Shown: positions 1 to 10,635, numbered from the stretch's first letter. The stretch is DNA of 64,000 bases from Zygnema circumcarinatum SAG 698-1b (GCA_037447605.1 CM074804.1:1860001-1924000), one strand, 5' to 3'. Notes: generated by a model from the sequence alone, not told the origin. A program made the numbers and translations.

Positions 1-228
1 TCTTTCACGACCTCAAGTCGGGAAGACTCTCGTAGAAGGCTCTCGTATCCTCGTCGTCCCATAAGGGGTCGCCAGGTGGCACTTCGCGTGTGCCCGTAAC
101 CCCTCCGCCCCCCTCCGCCCCTCCGCTCATGCGAGTGAGATGGTCATCTTCCGGCATTTCAGGGGGCTCTTTATCCAAGGCTTCCGCTAGTCTGCAGAAG
201 GAGGAAGGAGGGACAGTGAGAGGGGGAA

Positions 229-284
<56 letters not shown>

Positions 285-3200
285 GGGGAGAGAGAGAGTG
301 AGCGAGTCGAGTGCTTTTACTAATCTGCAAGATACTTAGAGAACAACAGTCAGAGAGGGAGGGGAAGGAGAGGGGGGGAGAGAGGAGATAACGAGAGAGA
401 GATGGAAAAAACAGCGGAGTGCAGGATCATCATAAGTATTTGGAAAGTTGGTTTCTAGGGCTAGGAGCTTCCGCTAATCTGCAAAAGGAGAGCGGAAGGA
501 CAATGACGGAGGGGAGAAGAAGAGGAGAGAAAGATAGAGAGACACGAGACCTTCAGCTAATCTGCAACATCCATAAGGAACATCAGGCCGAGAGGGATTA
601 CGCGAGGAGAGTGAAGGAGAGAGCGAGCTAGAGGCCGAGAGAGAGAGAGAGAGAGAGAGCACAGAGGGAAGCGAACATACGAGGTGACAGAGCGGAGCAG
701 CTGATCGTACGACTTTCGAAGTCGCTCATAAGCGGAAGAGACCTCCTCCGCCAACTCCCCTCTCACAGCGAGCAGTCTCGCGATGGTTCGGTCCTGATCG
801 ACCAACGCCTGCACATGGCCCGTAATAGAACTCTTCTCGGCTCAGGAAAGAAACAAGAGAACGATTATTGGCAAGCAAAGAACTGAAGGTTTCAGAATTC
901 AGAATTTTTTATGTGGGATTTGCGGGTTATGTAGGATTGTCCAACTTAGGAAAGCTAGCCTATTCTAGTCGCATAGGCTTAAGCAAGCAAACAATACACC
1001 CTGAGGGATTTAGAAGTTTGAAGAGTTAAAGAGAAGGGCCGCACCTCATGCTCTGAATGCAGTAAGGCCACTGAAGCATCATAAAACGCAGTCACTATTT
1101 TCATCAGTTGCCGTTTTTGTTCCGTCGTAATGCTCAGATCTGCATACACCTGCACCCTCGAAATGCATACACACACAACTCAAATCTGCAAACTATTTAT
1201 CACACGGTAAAACTGTAGGATATGTTTTTCTATTCTGAAAAGATTCTGTTACTTTTGATATATCCGTGACGAACCCAAAACAAAATAAAAAAAAACGAAT
1301 TTGATATGTTCTCCTAAACTTCAAATTTTTTTTCGCTGTTCCAGACCGTGGATCGTTACAGAACTTCATTTCTAAACTTCCCCAGAACATTCTTCAAAAC
1401 CTTCCAAAACCTTCCAAAACCTTCAAAACATTTCTTAAAACCCAACAAGTCCAAGGTTTGCTCTCTCCCACCTCTGCATCTGCTGCAGTGACTGGCAGCC
1501 CCAGCATTGGCCTCCCATATCTCACAAAAGTGAGCACAAGGGTAATGCTCGCATGCGCCGCCTCTCTGTCCTTCTTACTCAGCTGCTCCGCATTGCCCAC
1601 CTCCTTCACCACTCCCACTACCACTCCCGCATCTTCAAATACTCCGCAGAGGTACAATTCGCAGAGTAGACGGAGGGTGCTTCTTTTGCGCATAGCACGC
1701 GCTGTGGTGCTGCCACCTGTCCCTCCGTCTAACAGGTCTTCTGCAGCTGCGAGGGAGGCAGCAGCTTTTCCAGAGGGAGGGGGGGCGAAGGCTTTGGCAA
1801 GGCTAGCAGTGAGGGAGGGGCCGAAGTCGCGGTAGCGCTGGTGGAGGAGAGAGCAGATCTGGAGGACAGAGAGGGAGAGATAGGGAGGGAGAGGGGAGGG
1901 GAGTAAGGAAGGGAGCTAAAAGGGAAGGCAGGAAGGGAGAGGAGGGAGAAGGGAGAGAGGGGCCAGAGTGACAGTATCGGTTGTGGAGTGGGGAAATTCT
2001 GGAGGATCGAGAGGGAGAGAGAGTGCGAGACGAAGAAAGTGTACTCAAAGAGGAGAGAATGCTCAAAGAAGAAAGAAGGGGAAGAAGAGAGGAGAAAGGT
2101 GGGGCCAAAGTCGCAGATCGCCGGAGGGGACAAGCAGATTTGGAAGATCGAGAGGTAAAGAGAGAGAGAGTGAGAGAGGAGAGAGAGGGAGAACGAAAGG
2201 GTGAGGGAGGGGACACAGGGGAAAGGGCGGGAGAGAGGAGTAGAGGGAGTGAGGGACATGCAGAAAAAAGTGGGGAGGAGAAAGGTCGAGGGAGGAGAGA
2301 GTGCCGACGACAGAGTGAGAGAGCGAAGGACGGAGAGATAGAGAAGTGGGGGAAGGGCGGAAGAGGAGGTGTGTGGGGGAGAAACGTGGGGGAGACGAAA
2401 GGGTGGACGAACAGAGACGGGCGTTGAAGCCGACAATGAAGAGAGTGGAGGGAGGGACATGAGGGAAAGACCGAAGGAAGAAAGTGAAGGAAAAAGAGAC
2501 AGGACAGGGGGGGGGGGGGGGGCAGCGAAGGAATTGAGAAGCGAGAAGTGAGAGTGGGACTCCCAAACCACTATCATGCACGAGAAAAAAAGAGAGAAAC
2601 AGGAGAAAAAAAAACGCAAACCACCTGCACAGCCGCATTTATATCGGCGCTTTTGAGCTTTGCATCGCAAATTGATGTGACAGCTTCGCTCGTGTATTTG
2701 CTGAGATTAACGGCCTGCAGCTCCTCCAACAGCGCCTCCCTCTGCTCCTCACTGAGCTGCCGCAGCTTCTTCACTACTGCGGTATTCCGTTTTATGCTCG
2801 AGTCCAGGCCTCGCAGGGAAGCCGCATCTGCATATAATAACAGGTAAGGGAGCAGGACCAGTAGCTCTTAAGGATTTTTAGGTTTTACTAGTTTCTTAGG
2901 GGTGCCGACTTGAGATGTTTGAGTTCATGCAGACGGTTCATGTGTTGGAGTTTCAGACTTGAAGTGCATGGTATTTTTAGGGTTTGAAGCTTTGCGAAGA
3001 TAGGGTAGACAAGAAATAAGTCTAGCAAGTTAGGAGCTTTCTTAGCAATCGTTTGAAGCAAAATATTCACTTATTCAGTCACTTTTTGTTTGGCTACATT
3101 TCGTTAGAGTGAGGAGAGAAAAGAGAGATGAGTGGACGTGATGGAGTGTGAGGAGAGAAGTGAGGGTAAGGGGAAGGAGATGTAAAGAAAAAGAGAAGAG

Positions 3201-3964
3201 GGCGTTGGAGAGTGAGAAAGAGAATGAAGGAGAAAGAGGAGAGGGAGAATGTGTGAGCTCACCCATAGGCTGGGCCTGCAAGTTGCTGCGTCGCAATGTT
3301 CGGCGGGCCTCCACCAGTTTTTGAGCCTCCTCCGCTCTCGCAATTCCCTCCTGCAAACCTCAGAACCAAATTAAATTAAAAATTAAATAAATCAAAGCGC
3401 TAACTCTACCGGTTTCCCTTGAATAGGTCAAAGGGAGGAGAGAAAGAGAGAGAGGGGGAGAGGGAGAGGGAGGAAAGGTGGAGACAGAGAGTGGCGGAAG
3501 ACACGGGACCAAGAAAGGTTCAAGGAGTGAGAGAGAGAGATGGGGAAGCGAGTGAGAGAGTGGGGGGAGAGGTCGAGCGAGAGCCTAAGCAGATGCAAAG
3601 AAAGAAAGGCTCGGAAGGAAAGGACGAGAGGGACGACCTCGCGAGACAAAAAAAGGAAACTGGCACACTCTGAATGAATGAACGAGCAATTAAAAATAAA
3701 GAAAGAACTAACTACAAAATAAAATGAATAAATAAATTAATATTCTGAATAAAGTAACCATGCCGCAAAGCCTGAGCAGCTAGCCCCTAACCCTAGCCCT
3801 AACACTAACCCTGACCCTAACCCTAACCCTGCCAGCAATACCTCCTCCTCTTCGCGGCTCCTCCCCTCCGGCACCTCCCCTCCCTCCCCCTCCGCCCGCC
3901 CCGCAGGCTCCATGGCGCTCCCTACCGCGTCCTCCTTGCCGCCCTCTGCAGGCGCGGCAGCCAT
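1..3964 (-). CDS. UPF2: Regulator of nonsense transcripts 2 (UPF2, MIF4G-domain NMD factor), 5' portion; the gene continues beyond position 1
   Basis: GT-AG exons 3964-3842, 3350-3263, 2827-2625, 1858-1472, 1149-1045, 808-681 and 191-1 splice in frame. Peptides LDSSIKRNTAVVKKLRQL, VNLSKYTSEAV, AAVQICSLLHQRY, KRSTLRLLCELY and LWDDEDTRAFYESLPDL match the UPF2 N-terminus/MIF4G-1 as I recall it. Confidence 0.95.
1865..2560. repeat. Representative long polypurine/polypyrimidine intronic tract; many similar ones occur across the window
   Basis: About 700 bp almost entirely G/A on +. Similar tracts at e.g. 6400-6700, 9720-10050, 23455-23760, 25130-25470, 28790-29030, 31540-31960, 36030-36370, 41380-41580 and 47650-47900. 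Confidence 0.95.
3785..3830 (-). repeat. Degenerate TTAGGG-type telomere-like array at the 5' end of UPF2 intron 1
   Basis: About 7 CCCTAA-like hexamers on +, starting ~10 nt after the GT donor at 3841. Confidence 0.8.
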
Positions 3965-4573
3965 GGCGGCCTCTCCTTCCCGCGCTCTACTCCCTTTCCT
4001 ACTTCTTCTCCCTCTCCCTCGCCTTCCTCCTCTCTCCTTCTCTCCAGTCAGTTCAAACCCTAATCAGATGTCTACATCCACATACTAAACATGCTACGAA
4101 CACAGCCCTCCCAAACTTTGCGGTGCCCCAATTACGAATCTCCACCAATCAGGGGTCGCCATTCGGATGTCGTACGGCTCGTACCTTCGCGGCGACCTAA
4201 CTGCTGCCACGGTTGGCAACGGTCGGCTAACATCAATTGAGACGTGCCTTTAGCCTTGTTGGATGTGCCCCTACTCCGTCAAGAGATAAAATTGCTCTTG
4301 TAGCCCTCCCTGAATGTGTTTGTTTTCCCGGAATTGCTTCTGCCAGTGCGCGGACAAATGGCCCTGGCGCGAGGGAGAGGGGGAGAGCGAGGCGGAAGGA
4401 GAGTGGGAGAGGGGGAGGGAGAGGGGGAGGGAGAGGGGGAGGGAAGGGGGGAGGGAGGGGTAGAGAAAGACGGGGTGGGAGAGAGAGAGAGAGAGAGCGA
4501 GAGAGAGGAAGTCATGAGGTTGCATGCAGTGGAGCCCTAATTCCCTCCTCCTCCCCGCAGCCTCCACGTCGCC
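3965..4573. promoter_or_regulatory. Short bidirectional promoter region UPF2/DEG10
   Basis: Divergent ATGs 610 bp apart. CpG-rich core with CCAAT (4145), CGTAC x2 (4171-4184), GGTTGGCAAC (4211-4220) and a GA-repeat tract (4370-4510). Confidence 0.7.
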
Positions 4574-6075
4574 ATGCGCAGCTGGAAGCCTGGTTTCCAT
4601 GCTCCCCTGTTTCAAAAGTTGGCATCTTGTTTGCAATTTCGGGGCCCTCCGTCGCGAGGCTCCGACTCCCTTTTTACTCACCGAAATTTCGAAACCGCAG
4701 CGCCTTTTTTCACTGATCTCAATGCGAATCGGAAAACATTTCAGCTTTCTTTTCTCTCCCCACATCCAATAAAGCATTTCTTTTGTGCCCCTCGTCATTT
4801 TTCAAGTCCTTATACAAAGAACGCATGCGCTGCCGCCGCTCCGTCCTCGCTCGAATTATTTCGGATATCGGAAACACTTTTTTGGTCTGAAAACAAAAGA
4901 AAGAAGCTATTTTCTACATCTGCGTCTTTATCTGAAGATGGTTCGAATGATAATTCAGCAAAGAAAAAAATATTTCCGAATGTCGATTACAAGCAGGAGA
5001 AGATGCCCATCGATGCGGTTGTGAAGGTCTTCACTGTCTCGAGCAGCCCTAATTATTTTCTCCCATGGCAGAACAAGCCTCAACGGGAGGTTACCGGCTC
5101 AGGTACTCACAATTATACCCCTTTTAAACCCTAAATTACGACAACAGTAAGGGTAATAGTGATAGTGTTAGTTTTTAAGTTACAAGTTAGTTAAACTAAG
5201 GGTAACTAAGGGTAGTTAGTTACTGCGCAGCTAAAAAATTGGATAGTCATTAATTCGTCTCTATCTGTCACGAATACGTGATACTAAATATTTCTAGTTA
5301 ATTTTTATTTGTTATTGACTTGCCAAAGGGCATTTTAATAACATTTTGATCCAATGTTCTAGTCCACATTGAGGGTGGGTTTAGAGATGACAGTACAACT
5401 CATGCAAATTCTAGTCCTTCCCTCCCACTCTCCTTTCTTGCCTGCCTCACCTCCCTCACCTTCCTCCCTCCCTCCCTCCCTCCCTCCCTCCCTCCCTCCC
5501 TCCCGCCTTCAACCCCCCTCTATGACTCATTCAAGGCTCTGGGTACATCTAGACAAAGACTGTTGGGTAAGTCAACCTTCTCCGATCAACGTTCGGTGTC
5601 CCATAAAACTGAAATCCAACTGAAACCTTTTTCGGGGTTTTGTTTAAAAATACCCTTGCTTGTTTCCGATGCAGGTTTTGTGATTTCAGGGCGGCGGATC
5701 ATAACAAATGCTCATGTAGTTGCTGATCAAACGTTTGTGCTCGTAAGGAAGCATGGATCTCCTATGAAATTTCGCGCCTTTGTGGAGGCGGCGGGGCACG
5801 AGTGCGACCTTGCACTGCTGAGAGTGGAGGAGGAGTCCTTTTGGGAGGGAATGCATCCGCTTGAGCTTGGGGGGATTCCTGAACTGCAAGAGCAGGTGGC
5901 TGTGGTCGGATACCCTCAGGGTGAGATATTCGTTTCAGGGAATTTTTAGAGTTTTTTTTTTCAAGATTTGGGGATGTGTAACTCACGGAGTAAAAGGATT
6001 TTTTAATGCTTAAACATGAACCAGCTCTTGGTTCTGGGGGAGGTGCTCGGGGAGGGTGGGAGGGGGGGCAGACTC

Positions 6076-6143
<68 letters not shown>

Positions 6144-8738
6144 TGGGAGTTTGTAAGCCTGTTTTTGCATGGGCTGGACATGTTTCCTGCAGGAGGAGAC
6201 AACATATCTGTGACGGGCGGAGTTGTATCGAGAGTGGAGCTCACTCAGTATGCACACGGAGCCTCTCATTTGATTGCGATTCAAATTGATGCGGCAATAA
6301 ACCCCGGGAACAGCGGGGGGCCCGCTCTCTTGGAAGATAAAGTGGCCGGTGTGGCCTTCCAAAACCTTGCAAATGCGGAGAATATTGGGTATGCAATATT
6401 TCTTTATCACCTTTCACTCTACCTCCCCCTCCCACGTTCTCTTTCGCCTTCTGTCTCTTCCTTCCTCTGCTTCTTCCCTAGTTCCCCTCTCATCGCCGCT
6501 GTCCTGCTCTTCTCCTTCTCTCCTCGTTGCGCCTTTCCTCTCACCTCTCCCTCTCCCCTATCTCTCTCTCCGTTCCTTTCGTCCCCATCCCTCCCCTCCT
6601 CTTTACGCCCCCCTTCCTCTTCCATCGCTTCCCACACTTGCCTCTCTTCCGACGTCGCTTCTTCCTCCTCTCCCTCCCTCCGAATCTCAAATGGCAATAA
6701 CCGTTCATTTTCTGCCTTTTCTCTTGTCAAGAGCAGGTACATCATTCCTGTTCCAGTAATCAACCATTTCTTAACAGATGTGGAAGAAAGAAAGCGCTAT
6801 GTTGGGTTCTGTTCTATGGGTCTCACATGTCAAGCTCTGGAAAATGCGCAGCTTCGAGAACACCTTAAGCTTCCGCCCGGCATGACAGGAGTGCTAGTGA
6901 ATAGAGTACAGCCTCTTAGTAATGCATCGAAGTGGTTGAAAAAAGATGATGTTCTTCTCGCATTTGACGGAGTTCCAATCGCGAATGATGGGACAGGTGG
7001 GCTCCGGCTTTAGAAACCCTAAGAGACTAAGAAGCTGGAAAACTGTAAAGTTAAAAAAATTAAAATAAAGGGGTATCAATCACATGAATGAGGAACCTCT
7101 AGTGTGTTAAGAGCTTTAGGATTGTAGACAGCTTCAAGTAATGGCTTTACGGAGATGGCTAAAAAGGCAAGGTTATTCAGATTGTGAGGTTATTTAGTTC
7201 AGTCAAATCACATTGATCAGTTCTCAGGCAACATGAGACTGAGTTTAGAATATGCGAAATTTGTAGTATATGTTGAATCCAAGCTCTGACTCCTGAGAGG
7301 GCGATGGCAGTGCATTTCAGGAAGCGGGAGCGGATAGCTTTCGATTATCTTGTGTCGATGAAGAGGGCGGGAGAGACGGGCCGAGTGAGAGTGTTGAGAG
7401 GAGGAGAGGAACTTGAATTCGATATTGATCTCTGTCCGGTAAACTCTCATCTGTCACTCACTCTCTCACTCACTCTCTCCCTTCCCTCGCTCCCTATCTT
7501 TACCCTCTCTCTCTCTTTCTCTCACCTTTGCCTCCGACAATTCATCGAAGGCGTGACTGACCATAGCAAAAACTAGCGCCCTAACTCTGAACCTATAGAA
7601 CGACCTAACCTTCACGGTTTTGACCCAACAATCTGCCCAACCCCTTTCTTTGTGATAACTCAGTTGACATATTTCCGTTGAATGTGTTCCTGCTTGCATG
7701 CATGCAGCTGGAGGCGTTAGTCCCCATCCAGCAGTTCGACCGGCTCCCCTCGTACTTCATATTCGCGGGCCTCGTGTTCGCGCCCCTCGCCCAGCCGTAC
7801 CTGCACGAGTACGGCGAGGACTGGTACAACGCCTCCCCGCGGCGCCTCTGCGAGCGGTCCCTGCGGGAGGTCCCCACCAGGGCCGGCCAGCAGCTCGTCA
7901 TACTCTCGCAGGTCACTCTCTCGCCCGCCCGCCCGCCCTCGCATGCATGTGCATGCATGCATGCATGCATGCCGCCGAGGGAAGGAGATGCATGTGCATG
8001 CATGCATGTATGCATGGCGCTTGGCTCGGTTTTGTGGCATGAGGGGGAATGGGAGGGGAGAGGTGTGATGTGACGTGACGTGACGTGTTGTCATGAAATG
8101 TGGTGTGATGTGATGGCATGTTGTGACGTGACATAAGGGGAAGGGGATGTTGGGCTTGTCGTGTTCTCAGGTCCTCGTGGATGACATCAACGCGGGGTAT
8201 GAGAGGCTGGCGGAGTTACAGGTGAGAGGCCTCCCTCCCTCCCTCCCTCCCTCCCTCCCTCCCTCCCTCCCTCCCTCCCTCATTCTATAGTGTGTCTTGT
8301 TGTTCTAAAGAGGGTAATAATCTTGAAAGCCCCAAAACTATCAATCTATCAACCCCAAAAGTGAAGATATGAATCAAGAGATTGTTTTCTAACACGAGGA
8401 TTGTTCCTTGCGTTCCCTCATTTTAGGTGAAGAAAGTGAACGGCGTGGAAGTGCACAACCTGCGGCATCTCCAGCGATTGGTCGAGGCCTGCACCGCCCC
8501 CGCCCTCCGCTTCGACCTGGACGACGAGCGCGTGGCCGTACTGCACATGGAAACGGCGCGACAGGCGACGGAACGGATACTGAAACGGTACAGAATTCCG
8601 TCGGCGATGTCGGACGACCTGCTGAAGGTGGAGGAGGAGGAGCCCGCACGGGGCGAGGGGGGGAAGGAGACGGCGAAGGGGTTGGGGGGGGGAGAGGGAG
8701 AGAGAGAGAGGGAGGGGGAATCGGCTGGAGGAAGCTGA
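4574..8738 (+). CDS. DEG10: Deg/HtrA serine protease, DEG10 type (probably mitochondrial)
   Basis: Exons 4574-5102, 5675-5920, 6193-6388, 6737-6996, 7311-7438, 7708-7911, 8171-8221, 8427-8738. Intact triad motifs [15 protein letters not shown] and [10 protein letters not shown]; PDZ regions; [11 protein letters not shown]. Arg/Ser/Phe-rich N-terminal presequence-like segment. Confidence 0.93.
7941..8132. repeat. (GCAT)n self-complementary microsatellite followed by (GTGAC/GTGAT)n pentamers in DEG10 intron 6
   Basis: GCATGCATGCATGCATGCATGC at 7951-7972 is a perfect palindrome; more copies extend to 8016; pentamers at 8063-8132. Confidence 0.9.
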
Positions 8739-8752
8739 ACAGGGAGAGGGAA

Positions 8753-8797
8753 TTTAGGGTTAGGGTTAGGAATAGGGTTTTGGGCTTAGGGTTCAGG
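8753..8797 (+). repeat. Telomere-like TTAGGG array just after the DEG10 stop codon
   Basis: TTTAGGGTTAGGGTTAGGAATAGGGTTTTGGGCTTAGGGTTCAGG. Confidence 0.75.
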
Positions 8798-9406
8798 ACT
8801 ATTTTTGTCAGTGACAGTTAGGCAAGGCATTCTTTTGGGGTTTTAGGGCGTGATGCAGCTCTAGATCAGCCTTTTGGAGGGCAAAAAAAGGAGATTTCTG
8901 GTACGATTTGGGACCTCGCGCCATGTTGCAACCGAAGACCATTTTTTTTTCCTTCGTTCAGACGTCGTCATCGTTCATTGCATCGTCAAATCCGTCGTCC
9001 TGTTTGGGGGCAACAGACAACTGACTAAAAGTTGACTAACAAATAAAACCTCTCAAATCATTTCTTAACCAGAGTAGGGAGAATGAATCCCTGGCTAAAG
9101 AATGGCTAACCAGATGTGATTTGTGACCAAAAGTCAACCACTGCCAACCAATCTGTGTGACCAAGTGACTGCAGGCCCTCCAATCCTAAGTAGCAAGAGT
9201 CCCGTTGGACCGTAACATACATTTTCCGAATGCACAGATTTTCAAAACCAGTACTTCGCTACGCGCAAACGTGCGGAAATTACTAGCTAACTACGACATC
9301 CGGATTACTTTTTTCGAAATAAATGCCAAAGCTCAATGCCAAAGGTTAGCTCTCCCTCCTCTGCGCGAGCGCCAGCTGGCGCCAAGCGGGCGGGCGGGCG
9401 GCCGCC

Positions 9407-10635
9407 ATGGACGCCTCAGGTCGCCGCTCTGAACCCTGCCTGCTTTAAGGCTGCGGCCCTGAACCCAGGGAGGTTCAAGATTCTGCACCTCTCAAAAATC
9501 CTGATGACAGTCAAACCCTAAAAAGCAACCGTGAAAAGAGCCACGACAAGTATTCGCAATTTTTTTTTTTTTTTCTTTTTCTGATGAATTAACATTTTGG
9601 CAGCGCAGATGTGATTCTGCTCTCCATTGAGGAGATGAAGTACCGACAGTACGAGAAGGAGTTCCTCCTGAGGGTCAATTCCAAGTACTTCTCGGGGGCC
9701 AACCTCGCGGGCACAGGTGAGGGAGGGAGAGGGGAAGGTGGGAGGAGAGGGCGGGAGGGAGGGAGGGGAGAGAGGGAGAGGGAGGTGGGAGGAGTTGGAG
9801 GGAGGGAGAGGGAGTGGGTGAGAGAGGAAGGAGAGCGGGAAGAGACGGGGGGCGATGGAGTGGTATAGAAAGGGAGACAGAGGGAGCGGGAGAGGGAGAG
9901 GGAGAGGGAGAGGGAGAAGAAAAGAGAGAGGGAGAGGGAGAGGGAGAGGACGAGGGAGAAGGAGAGGGAGATGGAGAGGGAGAAAGAGAGGGAGAGGGTG
10001 ACAGACAGGGAGGGGAAGAGGGAGAGGGGGAGACAGAGGGAGAGGGAAAGCGATTGGGCGACGACTTTTTTTTCAGAAGCCTTGAATTATTGGGGAGCCA
10101 TAGTAGGTAGGTGATGATGCTGACTGAGCAAATATGCAGTTCGGGGGGAAATGGGGTAAATGCAGGGGCGGTTTTTGATCGAACCGCTGTTGTGGACAAC
10201 TTTGTCATCAAAATGAGCAAGTAAGAACCTTGAACCCTCCTTCAACACGCGAAAATCTGGAAAAAAATACGAAATAAAGCAAAATAGAAAAGAAAAAGAG
10301 AAGGCAAACTTAATCCTACACCTGTTCAATTTTCATGTACCTAGTCTTCTTGTGAAGCAGCAAATCGTTAAACAGAGGGATTTGTCTGTGATGTGACACG
10401 ACCCGGTCTTTTGTGTAACACATAGAACTAAGGGTTTAAAGGGTCTTAATAGAAAAGCCATGGAAGATGATGGTTATGTGGTTAATTAGGGGTAGGATTG
10501 ATTTCGGCTCATTGGGTTGAATGGTTATGCAGAGAACCTTTGAAGGTAAACTATTTGCAACAGCCTCTATCTGCACCTGAACCTGATCTGATGACAGATT
10601 CGGAGACGTCAACTTTACCCACAGAGAAGCAGTAA
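9407..10635 (+). CDS. Small uncharacterised protein, 92 aa
   Basis: Kozak GCCGCCATGG. Exons 9407-9419, 9609-9716, 10166-10220, 10533-10635 total 279 nt in frame: MDASDVILLSIEEMKYRQYEKEFLLRVNSKYFSGANLAGTGAVFDRTAVVDNFVIKMSKEPLKVNYLQQPLSAPEPDLMTDSETSTLPTEKQ. Exon 2 has strong coding-type codon bias; exons 3-4 are less certain. Confidence 0.72.

Noticed and set aside
1729-2670. Long ORFs of 100-313 aa rich in S/L/P or E/R/G here and in many other introns
   Set aside because: They are stop-free translations of GA/CT tracts inside introns of defined genes.
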